DNA of 64,000 bases from Candidatus Nomurabacteria bacterium CG1_02_43_90 (GTDB lineage Bacteria > Patescibacteriota > Minisyncoccia > Phycocordibacterales > UBA1550). Positions 9,307-18,957 of the stretch are shown here, piece by piece. The translations under genes were made by a program, and so were the position numbers. Numbering within the stretch: the stretch's first letter is position 1; every line of letters starts with the position of its first letter. A model generated the notes under the pieces. The model was given only the letters and a program-made list of their open reading frames with translations, had not been told where the DNA came from and did no database searches. The stretch spans positions 52,543 through 116,542 of the forward strand of contig MNVN01000015.1 of assembly GCA_001871765.1 (NCBI GenBank), read 5' to 3'.

Positions 9307-10646
9307 GTAAAGTAATAACTCGATTCGCACCATCGCCTACAGGTGTTCTTCATATCGGTTCAGTGCGTACGGCACTCTATTCATGGCTCTATGCGCGACA
9401 ACAAGGTGGTACGTTTATTTTACGTATTGAGGATACCGACAAGGAACGCTCAAAAAAAGAATTTGAGGAAAATATCATCGATGGACTCGCTTGGTTAGGT
9501 TTGGCACATGACGAATTTTACCGGCAGTCAGAACGCGGCGCCATTTATAAAAAACATCTCGAAACGCTTATTGCAAAAGGTGCAGCGTATCTTTCAAAAG
9601 AAGAAGCTACCGAAGAAGGTCAGCGTGCTGAGGTAATTCGTTTTAAGAACCCTAATCAAGTCGTTACCTTCCATGATGAAGCGCGGGGAGATATTTCTTT
9701 TGATACCACCGAGCTTGGAGATTTTGTTATCGCAAAAGATTTTGATACACCCCTTTATCATTTTGCTGTCGTTGTCGATGATTTTGAAATGGGGGTGACG
9801 CATATTATTCGTGGGGATGACGGAATATCTAATACGCCACGCCAGATACTCATCCAAGAGGCCTTAGGAGCGCCCCGACCTGCCTATGCGCATTTGCCAA
9901 TGATTCTCGCAGCTGATCGATCAAAGCTTTCAAAACGTCATGGTGCGCTTGCGGTGACTGAATATCGTGATGAAGGATACCTACCCCAGGCAATATTAAA
10001 CTTTGTTGCACTCATGGGGTGGAACCCTGGCAATGATCAAGAAATTATTTCCATTGATGAGATGATGAAGCTTTTTACTCTTGAGAAATTGCAAAAAGCA
10101 GGAGCTGTTTTTAATATTGATAAACTAAAATGGTTGAATAAGCATTACCTTAAGCTTCTTTCTATCGAAAGGGTAGGGGAGGAACTTCTTGCTTGTTTCC
10201 CCGACACTCTCCAAAAACAAGTCTCGCAAAATCCGATAATTTTTTCAAAAGTTATTCCCCTTATACTCGATCGCGTCGCTAATTTTTCTGAAGTGCGTTC
10301 TCTCGTAGAGGAAGGGGAGCTCACGTACTTTTTTGAAGATCCACGCTACTTACCTGAATCGCTTTTATGGAAAGATGAACGCGATCCCGTACGCGCAATC
10401 GTGCATATTGACAAATCTATTGAATTATTGCGTAATGTACCTTCTGAGAATTTTACGACTGAGGGTGTAAAACTTGCTCTTTGGGATTATGCCACGGAGG
10501 TTGGTAGGGGAAATGTTCTCTGGCCTATGCGCTATGCACTATCCGGGCGAGATAAATCACCCGATCCTTTTACTCTAGCAGATATTCTTGGAAAAGAAGC
10601 GACACTTCGTCGTCTTGAGGAGGCAAAAAAGCTCTTACAATCGTAA
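9303..10646 (+). CDS. gltX: Glutamate--tRNA ligase
   Basis: RFAPSPTG.LHIG, LRIEDTD, KLSKRHG. Confidence 0.96.
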   Translation: MSKVITRFAPSPTGVLHIGSVRTALYSWLYARQQGGTFILRIEDTDKERSKKEFEENIIDGLAWLGLAHDEFYRQSERGAIYKKHLETLIAKGAAYLSKEEATEEGQRAEVIRFKNPNQVVTFHDEARGDISFDTTELGDFVIAKDFDTPLYHFAVVVDDFEMGVTHIIRGDDGISNTPRQILIQEALGAPRPAYAHLPMILAADRSKLSKRHGALAVTEYRDEGYLPQAILNFVALMGWNPGNDQEIISIDEMMKLFTLEKLQKAGAVFNIDKLKWLNKHYLKLLSIERVGEELLACFPDTLQKQVSQNPIIFSKVIPLILDRVANFSEVRSLVEEGELTYFFEDPRYLPESLLWKDERDPVRAIVHIDKSIELLRNVPSENFTTEGVKLALWDYATEVGRGNVLWPMRYALSGRDKSPDPFTLADILGKEATLRRLEEAKKLLQS

Positions 10647-10656
10647 ATGAATTACT

Positions 10657-11931
10657 ATGCCTAAATTTCTTTATCAACTTGGTGTGTTACTAACGTTAGG
10701 AGGGCTTATTCTCGCTACACATTCCTTTGTTTACGCACAGACTATCGAGGAGCTACAAACAAAGATTTCGGCAAAAAATGAAGAAATAAAAAAGCTTGAA
10801 GAATCAATAAAACAACACCAGGACGACCTTGTTGTGTTGGGAGCACAAAAGAAAACATTAAAAAATTCAATTGCCGAGCTTGATGTTTTGCAAAAGAAAC
10901 TCAATGCTGACCTTAAACTAACCCAGGTAAAAGTTGATACAACCGACCTTACTTTGCGTAAGCTTGGCTCAGAGATATCAATTAAAGAAAACGAAATTGA
11001 TACTCACCGAGCAGCCCTCAAAGAAGCTCTCCAGGCAATTTATGAGCGTGATGAATACTCGCTTGCAGAGGTTGCCCTTTCAAATGAGAGCTTTTCTGGT
11101 TTTTGGGGCGACCTCGAGTCGCTCAATCAATTTAGCGACAAAGTTGAACAAAACGTTGGGTTGCTCAAGGTTTTAAAAGGAGACCTTGAGGATAAGAATA
11201 TTGTTCAAGAGGCCGAGAAAAAGAAATTAATAGGTTTAAAAACTGAGCTTGGTGATCGCAAGAAGATTACTGATGCGAATAAGAAAGTACAAGCGAACCT
11301 CCTTGCGGAGACAAGTAACCAAGAAACGAAATTTAAGAAGATGTTGAATGCTGAGCTGGCATTAAAAGATGCAGTTGAACAAGAATTACGAAGCTATGAG
11401 ACTTCGCTCAAATTTATTCTTGATCCTTCGTCGATTCCTCCTCGTGGTACAAAAGTTTTTTCATCACCGCTTGACCAGATGGTAATAACTCAGCAGTTTG
11501 GTAAGACAAGCTCCTCAGGGCGGTTATATGCGTCAGGAACGCATAACGGAACAGATTTTCGTGCACTTGTTGGTACTCCCGTGAAGGCCATGCTCAGTGG
11601 AACGGTAATAGGGACAGGGGATACCGATATCGTGTGTAAGGGCGCATCCTATGGTAAATGGGTACTTATCCGACACAATAATGGGCTCGCGACCCTCTAT
11701 GGTCATTTTTCTATGGTGAAAGTTTCACAAGGACAGGCCGTGGACACTGGTGAACTTATTGGGTACAGTGGGAACACTGGATATACAACGGGCCCACATC
11801 TTCATGTTACTGTTTTTGCTGCTGCTGCAGTTAAGGTACAGAGTCTTCCTAGTAAAGCATGCGGAGGAAGAGTTTATACGATGCCCTTGGCGGCGATTAA
11901 TGCGTACCTCGATCCGATGGATTATTTGTAA
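10657..11931 (+). CDS. Coiled-coil plus M23 peptidase (EnvC/CwlO-like murein hydrolase)
   Basis: Signal peptide, long coiled coil, HNGTD and GPHLH M23 zinc motifs. Confidence 0.88.
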   Translation: MPKFLYQLGVLLTLGGLILATHSFVYAQTIEELQTKISAKNEEIKKLEESIKQHQDDLVVLGAQKKTLKNSIAELDVLQKKLNADLKLTQVKVDTTDLTLRKLGSEISIKENEIDTHRAALKEALQAIYERDEYSLAEVALSNESFSGFWGDLESLNQFSDKVEQNVGLLKVLKGDLEDKNIVQEAEKKKLIGLKTELGDRKKITDANKKVQANLLAETSNQETKFKKMLNAELALKDAVEQELRSYETSLKFILDPSSIPPRGTKVFSSPLDQMVITQQFGKTSSSGRLYASGTHNGTDFRALVGTPVKAMLSGTVIGTGDTDIVCKGASYGKWVLIRHNNGLATLYGHFSMVKVSQGQAVDTGELIGYSGNTGYTTGPHLHVTVFAAAAVKVQSLPSKACGGRVYTMPLAAINAYLDPMDYL

Positions 11932-11956
11932 AATAAAAGTTACAATAGGGAAAAAT

Positions 11957-12178
11957 ATGAAAAGGAACATTTCAAAAAATAAAGGATTTATTCAGCTAGT
12001 GATACTCGCCATTGTAATCATCGCGACTCTTGCATATTTTAAAATCGATTTACGAACTCTTTTAAATAGACCCGAGCTTCAAAAAATATGGGGGATTTTT
12101 GTAAGTGCGTGGGCGTTGTACATCAAGCCATTATTTTGGTTTCTCTTTACGAGTATTTCAGGATTATTTGTGAAATAA
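11957..12178 (+). CDS. Small membrane protein with a prepilin-like N-terminus
   Basis: MKRNISKNKG|FIQLVILAIVII resembles a class III signal (basic-G|F-hydrophobic), without the canonical Glu5. Confidence 0.65.
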   Translation: MKRNISKNKGFIQLVILAIVIIATLAYFKIDLRTLLNRPELQKIWGIFVSAWALYIKPLFWFLFTSISGLFVK

Positions 12179-12291
12179 AAAATCCGTGTCAGCCGTTCTT
12201 CTTTTTTGTATTTACAAAAAAGAAGAGTCAGGTTTTTGCAGTAAAGAAAAGAGAGAAGGTGGGGAGAAGTACTCTTCAAGATAAGCTAAAG

Positions 12292-12339
12292 GCCCCTATA
12301 ACAAAAAGCCCCTGTGCAGGTGCTTTTTGTTATAGGGGC
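12292..12339. terminator. Bidirectional terminator-like hairpin between convergent genes
   Basis: 18-bp perfect inverted repeat GCCCCTATAACAAAAAGC / GCTTTTTGTTATAGGGGC. Confidence 0.7.
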
Positions 12340-12459
12340 TAATGAAGTACACTATACGTCGCAAAAGATATATTGTGCGACGTAGTGATGATAAAGAACA
12401 AGGGGCTTTTAGACCCTTGTACCCTATATTCCCTCCGCCGAATATCCTCCCTTAAGGCG

Positions 12460-13089
12460 TTACTTGTCTTTCTTATAAAATTCCCTGAGCGGACAGGTGG
12501 TGTGCTTACAATATGCTGGACAATATTCTCTTCCGTATAAAATAAGTAAATGTGAAAATCTCACCCAGTCTTTTTTTTGTACGATTTCCATCAAGTCGCG
12601 CTCAATTTTTATCGCATCACTATGTTTGGTTAGTCCAAGGAGTCGTGCAATACGGATGACGTGCGTATCGACCACAATACCTTCGGCTGTACCATAGAGT
12701 TCACCCAAGACGACATTAGCAGTCTTCCTGCCTACTCCTGGAATGGTGACCAGCTCCTCTATCGTCTTCGGAATCTTTCCATTAAAATTCCCCTTGACTG
12801 CTTGTGCCGCCTTGAGAATATTTTTTGTCTTCGCACGATAAAATCCCGTGGAATAAATATCTCGTTCGAACTCTGCAGGTGTGGCCTTGGTATAGTCATT
12901 GAGTTCTGGGTACTTTTTGAAAAGCTCCCGGGTAACCTCGTTTACACGCTTGTCCGTACATTGCGCGGACAAAATCACGGCTACAAGAAGATCCCACGGC
13001 TTTCGGTAGTTGAGCGCGCATGCAGGCTCAGGAAAAAGCCGGCTGAGCACTTTTATAATACTAGGCAAGTTGGTATTTTCTTTTTTCAT
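12460..13089 (-). CDS. nth: Endonuclease III
   Basis: LLVAVILSAQCTDKRVN, HhH PGVGRKTA, VDTHV. Confidence 0.93.
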   Translation of the reverse strand: MKKENTNLPSIIKVLSRLFPEPACALNYRKPWDLLVAVILSAQCTDKRVNEVTRELFKKYPELNDYTKATPAEFERDIYSTGFYRAKTKNILKAAQAVKGNFNGKIPKTIEELVTIPGVGRKTANVVLGELYGTAEGIVVDTHVIRIARLLGLTKHSDAIKIERDLMEIVQKKDWVRFSHLLILYGREYCPAYCKHTTCPLREFYKKDK

Positions 13090-13888
13090 ATTTTATTAAA
13101 CCCTCTTTTTTAAGGACTTCAAGCACTTCTTTTGTCCGCGGGTCATCATTAGATATTTTTTTAATAGACGGTAAGGTACTTGCTTCACCATTTAGCCCGC
13201 GGATTATTTTACCCCGTAGTTCCCGAAGTGAACCTTTAAACGTACTTTGTTTCAAATAATGCTTACTCTGCTTATTAGAGTTTGTTTTTGTAATTTTTGG
13301 CAAATGTGCACCGTAGTCCATAAGTGCATAATACCATTCACGCGGATTTTTTGTATCAAGCATTTTTTGTACGAGGGACAAAATTTCTTGGTCGCTCACT
13401 TCCCTTCTCCTCGTAAAAAAATGATGAATGAAGGCACGACGAATATTGGTCTCGATGAAAACTTCAGCTTCGTTGAATGCAAACGCGCGTACTGCTCCCG
13501 CGGTGTAGGGTCCGACCCCAGGCAATAACTCGAGCTCTGTACGACTGCGAGGAATTTTCCCCTTGTGTTCTGTCACGATTTTTTCTGCCATACGCTTGAG
13601 CGCAAGCGCACGTCTGTTGTACCCCATCCCCTGCCACACATGAAGCACTTCAGAAAGTGGAGATTTTGCGAGTGATTCGATATCGGGGAACCTCTTCAAA
13701 AATTCTGGATATTTTTCCAGCACGCGCGATACCTGGGTCTGCTGGAGCATTATTTCCGAAACAAGGATTTTGTAGGCATTTCGGGTATTCCTCCAGGGCA
13801 TTTTACGCCCAGAATGCGCATAAAATGCCCAAATTTGAGCCTGAAATTGGGTTATTTTTGATTTAGGTAGTTTTGGAGATTGTGACAT
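13061..13888 (-). CDS. mutY: A/G-specific adenine glycosylase-like HhH-GPD protein, no Fe-S motif
   Basis: MPWR, VSEIMLQQTQV, WQGMGYNRRA, LPGVGPYTA; no cysteines. Confidence 0.85.
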   Translation of the reverse strand: MSQSPKLPKSKITQFQAQIWAFYAHSGRKMPWRNTRNAYKILVSEIMLQQTQVSRVLEKYPEFLKRFPDIESLAKSPLSEVLHVWQGMGYNRRALALKRMAEKIVTEHKGKIPRSRTELELLPGVGPYTAGAVRAFAFNEAEVFIETNIRRAFIHHFFTRRREVSDQEILSLVQKMLDTKNPREWYYALMDYGAHLPKITKTNSNKQSKHYLKQSTFKGSLRELRGKIIRGLNGEASTLPSIKKISNDDPRTKEVLEVLKKEGLIKYEKRKYQLA

Positions 13889-13956
13889 TATTAAGTTATT
13901 TTAACATGAATTTTAAATAATTTTTTGGGTATTAATATCCAGAACTCTTTTAGAGA

Positions 13957-13981
13957 AAAACCGCGCAAAGTACGCGGTTTT
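13957..13981 (-). terminator. Intrinsic terminator after ORF 14005-14544
   Basis: AAAACCGCG-N7-CGCGGTTTT. Confidence 0.55.
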
Positions 13982-14004
13982 GGACGCCTTAACCCCTTAA
14001 AATC

Positions 14005-14544
14005 TTAGACTAAACTGATGAGTGGGCATGGAGAGGTTAGATCATAAGCATTTTTGTCTTCTCGTGCAGACAAGAGAACTTTTGCCATAAAAGGAAATCC
14101 TTGACACACACTATGGTAAAGATTTGCATGGGATTTGATGTTCCTTCTTTCAAAAGAAGTCGCGAGTTCTTCAAACGCCATCCGCCCAATCTCAACGAAG
14201 TACGATGGCGAGACGTTAAGATTTTTTGTTCGTTCCGGGAAAAGCCCCGCAAGGATGAGACTTATGTCCCCTACACTACTCAATGCTTGTTCCTTTTTGT
14301 GCCCCGTATATTCAGAAGAAGCATTAAGAAACTCGAGAGCGAGGGTAACAGAAAAAAGATCGGTGCGGCGCATAAAACGCATGAGGGTGAAGACAAGAAA
14401 ACTCTCTAAGTCTTCATTGAGGTCCTGTCCTATTTTTTGCTCACCTTTTTTAACAAAATCAACCCAAGTTGCTACAACTGTTTTTTCAAAATCTATTGGT
14501 TCTAGTTTTGCATCAGGTTTTTTAAGCAGGATAATAGTTCCCAT
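14005..14544 (-). CDS. Conserved hypothetical protein, 179 aa
   Basis: SD-like AAAGGGA upstream; LESFLVF.LMRF and VGD.SL.LAGLFPE..YFV..G segments look family-like. Confidence 0.8.
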   Translation of the reverse strand: MGTIILLKKPDAKLEPIDFEKTVVATWVDFVKKGEQKIGQDLNEDLESFLVFTLMRFMRRTDLFSVTLALEFLNASSEYTGHKKEQALSSVGDISLILAGLFPERTKNLNVSPSYFVEIGRMAFEELATSFERRNIKSHANLYHSVCQGFPFMAKVLLSAREDKNAYDLTSPCPLISLV

Positions 14545-14645
14545 AACGATCCCTTTTTAGTATTTATTAAAGAGACTACCTTTACCAAGCCTATTCTTTT
14601 TTTTAGCAATGTCTAGTTCTTTATTTTTTATGTTAAAATACTCAA

Positions 14646-15857
14646 ATGCGGACATCCTACTCAGCCCTCGAGACCTACCGAAGTTGCCCCTTGAAGTACA
14701 AGTTTCAAGAGGTAGATAAAATACGTATGCCAAAAGGAGTAGCGGCGGTTTTCGGTACGATTGTACACAGCGCACTCAATTACATGTTTGAACGCAATCC
14801 CCTCTACCCTACCCTGGATGAGGTTATTGATTTTTATACGACGCATTGGAAAGAAAAGTCAGAGAGCATTGTATGGTCAAGCCCTGACCGAAAAGAACAA
14901 GAGGAGAAAATGTATTTTGAAGAAGGTCTCTCTGTCCTCAAAAATTTTTATAAAAAAAATCAACCATGGATGTTTAACGTAGTGGAGCTTGAGGGGCGTT
15001 TTTCTCTTGAACTTCCTGATGAAAAAAGCGGGACGACGCACACCCTCGCAGGTATTATCGACCGTCTCGACAAGGATCCCGAAACGGGTAGATATGAAAT
15101 TATCGACTACAAGACCGGCAAACGTATGCCGAGCGAAGCAGAGCTTGCCGAGAACCTTCAGCTTGGCGTGTACCACCTTGCGCTTACCGCGCGATGGCCG
15201 TCGATGGACCCTGGAAACTTCACAACCAGTCTTTATTTTTTGAAACACAATGAAAAGGTTTCGGTCGTCCCTTCGCGTGAGACGCTTGTCCACACTCGAG
15301 ATTTTGTTCTCAAAACAATTCGTGAAATTGAGAAGCATTTACAGGACGGCAACTTCCCGCCGATGCCAAGTCCTCTTTGTGGGTGGTGTTCCTACCAAAA
15401 GCTATGTCCAATGTGGGCGCATGAGTTCAAGGAAGAAGAAACACGAACGGCGAGTGATGCCGAAGTTGCGGAGGCTATCCGTGGATTCTTTGATATTAAA
15501 AAAAGTGATGATAAAAACAAAAAACGCCTTGCAGAAATTCGCGCTACTCTTTTGCAGTATATGCAACAAGAAAATCTTGCCCGCGTTTTTGGTGAGGGTG
15601 GCTATATTACAAAAAACGTGCAAGAGCGAATAAGTATTGACGTAGAGCGTGCTGAGCCATTCCTCAAGTCTGCGGGTGTATGGGAACAAGTGCTTGAGCC
15701 AAGTGAAAAGAAACTTCAAACACTCCTCTCTTCCCTTCCCGAACCTATTCAAGAAGAAATTTTGAAATTTGAGACTAAGAAAATGATAACGGTATTGAAG
15801 CCCACAAAAAAGAAAGGCGGGGCAGATGACGAAGAGGAAGACAGTTTGTTGGTGTAG
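14646..15857 (+). CDS. PD-(D/E)XK nuclease (RecB/AddB/Cas4-like) with C-terminal extension
   Basis: SYS.LE.Y.SCP, FGT.VH, GIIDRLD, IIDYKTG, QL.VY, C.WC..C. Confidence 0.88.
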   Translation: MRTSYSALETYRSCPLKYKFQEVDKIRMPKGVAAVFGTIVHSALNYMFERNPLYPTLDEVIDFYTTHWKEKSESIVWSSPDRKEQEEKMYFEEGLSVLKNFYKKNQPWMFNVVELEGRFSLELPDEKSGTTHTLAGIIDRLDKDPETGRYEIIDYKTGKRMPSEAELAENLQLGVYHLALTARWPSMDPGNFTTSLYFLKHNEKVSVVPSRETLVHTRDFVLKTIREIEKHLQDGNFPPMPSPLCGWCSYQKLCPMWAHEFKEEETRTASDAEVAEAIRGFFDIKKSDDKNKKRLAEIRATLLQYMQQENLARVFGEGGYITKNVQERISIDVERAEPFLKSAGVWEQVLEPSEKKLQTLLSSLPEPIQEEILKFETKKMITVLKPTKKKGGADDEEEDSLLV

Positions 15858-15861
15858 CCCT

Positions 15862-16059
15862 TTACTCCACCGTGACTGACTTTGCGAGATTGCGCGGTTT
15901 GTCGACGTTGTTGCTGAGCACTCGCGCATAATGATATGCAAAAAGTTGCAGAGGTGATATTTCGAGGATGGGATACAGGAGCGCGTTATTTAGCGAAGAA
16001 ATAATCTCCGGTATGAGGTTCCTTTTTTCGCTCGTGATGATACCAATGATGCCACACAT
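15862..16059 (-). pseudogene. glmS: Mini-GlmS: N- and C-termini of glutamine--fructose-6-phosphate transaminase fused in frame
   Basis: Starts MCGIIG and ends PLQLFAYH...[14 protein letters not shown], the two GlmS termini, in only 65 aa. Confidence 0.85.
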
Positions 16060-16060
16060 A

Positions 16061-16651
16061 TTATTTTTGGTGAATTATAGGATACTCTGCGAACTCGGGT
16101 AAAATATTTTTTCCATACAAAATACGTGAGATTGCTTCTGCTTCATACTTTGCACCATTGATGCCGATGTGCGGTTTTGGTTCTTCTGGAAGCCCAAGGT
16201 ATACAAGGATGCTGTCGAGAGTAAGGTCTGCACGATCATTCTTTTGAGGTACAGGGATTCCTCGTCTCACCATATCCATATATGCCATGGTATTGAGGTC
16301 GAGGGTGCGATATGCAAAGTGCCAGCCAATATGTGTCCGGGCGAAAGAGTCATTGAGAAAATCACGGTCAAAAGAAGGATTTTTCCCTGCAAGAGTTTTG
16401 TCTTCACACTGCTCAATCCAGTGCAAAAAGTTTCCCATAAGATCTTCGAGGGAATGCTTTTTAGAGTCGGTACATTCTTCTTCGGTAAACCCGTTGACGG
16501 CAAGCGCATCACTCATCATGCTCGCGCCTTCCCATATGCGACATTCACCATAAAACTGTCGCTCAGGATGTTCAAGTTCAACCGCCCCAATACTTAAAAG
16601 GGAATGCTTGTGTGGGTCCAGCCCGCTTGCTTCAACATCGGCAACAATCAT
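16061..16651 (-). CDS. DEDDh 3'-5' exonuclease (DnaQ/RNase T-like)
   Basis: [23 protein letters not shown]. Confidence 0.85.
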   Translation of the reverse strand: MIVADVEASGLDPHKHSLLSIGAVELEHPERQFYGECRIWEGASMMSDALAVNGFTEEECTDSKKHSLEDLMGNFLHWIEQCEDKTLAGKNPSFDRDFLNDSFARTHIGWHFAYRTLDLNTMAYMDMVRRGIPVPQKNDRADLTLDSILVYLGLPEEPKPHIGINGAKYEAEAISRILYGKNILPEFAEYPIIHQK

Positions 16652-16749
16652 AGTACTTATATTGTAGCACAAAAAGGAGTTTCCTTCGTGCTATAGGCGT
16701 ATAATGTACTATAGTATATTATACGTCTATGGTACCTGCTGCAAAAATA

Positions 16750-17769
16750 TTAAACAAACGAAGAGAATTTTTTATATACCTTCCCTGTTGTTAAAATCTT
16801 TTCCGTAAAACCATTTGTTTCCCCTGAAAACCATGTTCGTTCAGCGTAGAGTTCGAGGTCTTCTTTACTATGCGCATCAGAACCTCCTCCTGTAATGGCA
16901 CCATATTTTTTTGCCATAGCGCGGAGGATTTCCCTTTCCTCTTCAATTGAGTCCTCTCTGTCGGTACCGTATTCACGCATACCATAAACTACTTCGACAC
17001 CGTCAATACGGTTTTCCGCAAGAAGTTTCTCAAGTATTGTGAGGGGCATTTTGTTGCGAATGTAACAGTAGTGTGCAATGAGAGCTACTCCACCCGCATT
17101 ACGAATAAGTGCCACGCCTTCATCAAGGGTTGGCATGTAATCATTTTCAAAGTACGCACTCTTAAAAGCATCAGGAGTTAAAAATAGTGAGTAAGAGTAA
17201 GAAGCCTCCCCTTTTTGCATCATTAAATCATACCGTTCGCGTATTAGAGTGTCATTCTCCCCTGCTTCCTGCATTTTTTTACGGAGTTTTTCGATGATAG
17301 TGTTATTTTCTGTATGTCGTTTGAGTGCCTCAACAATATGCGGACGACCCACCGATTCCCCTCCCGATGCTTCTAAACATTCTTCTTCGGTGATGATAAA
17401 TCCAAGCTCTTGTAATTTTCCCACCATTTTTTTCATACGCTTTACCCGTGCCACTTGTGCAAGGTCACAGTGCTTGATGAGCTCCTCATTTTTGGGATCA
17501 ACAAAAAGACCGATCATATGGAGTGTCGATGAATCAGGAGCAAGTTCCTGTGGTAGACCCGTGGTAAGCTCAATGCCGAGAACCCATTTTGTTGTGCGGT
17601 CTCGTAAAACATCAAGCTCGTCGAGAATTTTTTGCGGTGGTACGGCGTCGTGGTCAGTAAAAGCAATCACGGAGACATTGAGCGATTCCGCCAAGTCAAA
17701 CATCTCTCGATGTGTAAGCTTGCCATCAGAGAGTGTGGTATGAGTGTGGAGAGATTCGATAGTGGGCAT
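16750..17769 (-). CDS. PHP-domain metal-dependent phosphoesterase (TrpH/YciV-like)
   Basis: LHTHTTLSDG, TDHD, GRPHI, IAH, GGSDAH. Confidence 0.9.
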   Translation of the reverse strand: MPTIESLHTHTTLSDGKLTHREMFDLAESLNVSVIAFTDHDAVPPQKILDELDVLRDRTTKWVLGIELTTGLPQELAPDSSTLHMIGLFVDPKNEELIKHCDLAQVARVKRMKKMVGKLQELGFIITEEECLEASGGESVGRPHIVEALKRHTENNTIIEKLRKKMQEAGENDTLIRERYDLMMQKGEASYSYSLFLTPDAFKSAYFENDYMPTLDEGVALIRNAGGVALIAHYCYIRNKMPLTILEKLLAENRIDGVEVVYGMREYGTDREDSIEEEREILRAMAKKYGAITGGGSDAHSKEDLELYAERTWFSGETNGFTEKILTTGKVYKKFSSFV

Positions 17770-17792
17770 AGTTTTTGAGTATAGCACAATTT

Positions 17793-18224
17793 TTATAACC
17801 CTTTGCAAGCAGTTGCGGGAGAATACCCGCGCGCCTCAGCTTCATTTTTGTCCGCAAAATGAATGAGGTTGGCAGGAGAGATACTTTTTACCCCTGAACA
17901 CCATGGATAGTAATATTTCTTTCCATTTTTTGACCCCACAAGGTCATTCCTTGTTGTGCTAATAATACTCGCGCTTTGAGTTGTCTTAGCAGAGCCCGTC
18001 CCTACTGAAGAATCCTTGCTCGTTACTTCGGTGGGAATATTTTCAATCCGTATGGGTGTCTTTGCTCCTTCTATTTTTGAGAGTCGCCCAAGTCCAAAAG
18101 AGCAAAATGCAACAAGGATAATAATGAGACCCAGAAAGAGATCGTCGGGGAGTATTGGTGGTTGGCGGAGTTTGGATTGACTATAGGCCTTGATTTTTTC
18201 TCGCAAATCTTTTATACTGGTCAT
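17793..18224 (-). CDS. Membrane-anchored protein with C-terminal Ada metal-binding-like domain
   Basis: TM helix; VGSKNGKKYYYPWC...F....EAEARGYSP...C. Confidence 0.75.
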   Translation of the reverse strand: MTSIKDLREKIKAYSQSKLRQPPILPDDLFLGLIIILVAFCSFGLGRLSKIEGAKTPIRIENIPTEVTSKDSSVGTGSAKTTQSASIISTTRNDLVGSKNGKKYYYPWCSGVKSISPANLIHFADKNEAEARGYSPATACKGL

Positions 18225-18270
18225 TACTTTAGATTATAGGCGTTTTATAGACATTTACAAATTTTAAACC

Positions 18271-18543
18271 ATGGCACATAGAAAAGCAGGCGGATCCGCC
18301 AAAAACTTAACTGATTCTCAGGCAAAGTACCTCGGTACGAAGCTTTATGCTGGCGAGGTTGCCAAGGCTGGCTCTATTATTGTTCGTCAGCGTGGTACCG
18401 TAATCCTCGCAGGAGAAAATGTTGCAATCGGCAAAGACCATACCCTCTACTCTCTCAAGGAAGGCACCGTAGCTTTCAGCGAGAAACGTAAACAGAACTT
18501 TGACGGGACAACAACACGTCGCAAAGTTGCGAGCGTAAAATAA
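18271..18543 (+). CDS. rpmA: 50S ribosomal protein L27
   Basis: [23 protein letters not shown]. Confidence 0.97.
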   Translation: MAHRKAGGSAKNLTDSQAKYLGTKLYAGEVAKAGSIIVRQRGTVILAGENVAIGKDHTLYSLKEGTVAFSEKRKQNFDGTTTRRKVASVK

Positions 18544-18546
18544 TAC

Positions 18547-18592
18547 TCAAACAAAAAACCCGACTCATTAATGAGTCGGGTTTTTTGTTTGA
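18547..18592. terminator. Terminator, perfect 46-bp palindrome
   Basis: TCAAACAAAAAACCCGACTCATT|AATGAGTCGGGTTTTTTGTTTGA just after the rpmA stop. Confidence 0.8.
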
Positions 18593-18663
18593 CAAATAAT
18601 TTGAACGTGGTAAGCTTTTTTCAGCTTGAAAATTCGTAGGTTAACTTACACGGGGAGATTACC

Positions 18664-18891
18664 ATGAAAAGGTGGGACTTGGTCGTACTTGACCAGAAAA
18701 TAGTCGAAGAAACTTTTGGGGAATGTGAGAGCTTTTTTGATCTCGAGTGGGGCCATGTTTATCGAGTAGAAGAAGCCTATTCTCTTATGGGAGCAGAGTC
18801 ATCGCTCCTCATTCAGAATGAAGACTACGCGGCAAAGTTTTTTCGGCGCGCAACGCCTGCTGAAATTGCGGCATCCAAAATTGCCGCGTAA
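18664..18891 (+). CDS. Hypothetical protein, 75 aa
   Basis: TTGACA upstream at 18589, GGGGAG SD, own terminator. Confidence 0.7.
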   Translation: MKRWDLVVLDQKIVEETFGECESFFDLEWGHVYRVEEAYSLMGAESSLLIQNEDYAAKFFRRATPAEIAASKIAA

Positions 18892-18930
18892 AACCCGCAA
18901 ACGACAAAAACCCGTCGTTTGCGGGTTTTT
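18890..18930. terminator. Bidirectional terminator
   Basis: AAAACCCGCAAACGAC-loop-GTCGTTTGCGGGTTTT. Confidence 0.75.
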
Positions 18931-18957
18931 GTTTTTTAAAACTTAAAAAAGTAAGTA

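Noticed and set aside
12355..12384. 9-bp inverted repeat TACGTCGCA/TGCGACGTA
   Set aside because: Short and downstream of nth; plausibly an ordinary 3' hairpin
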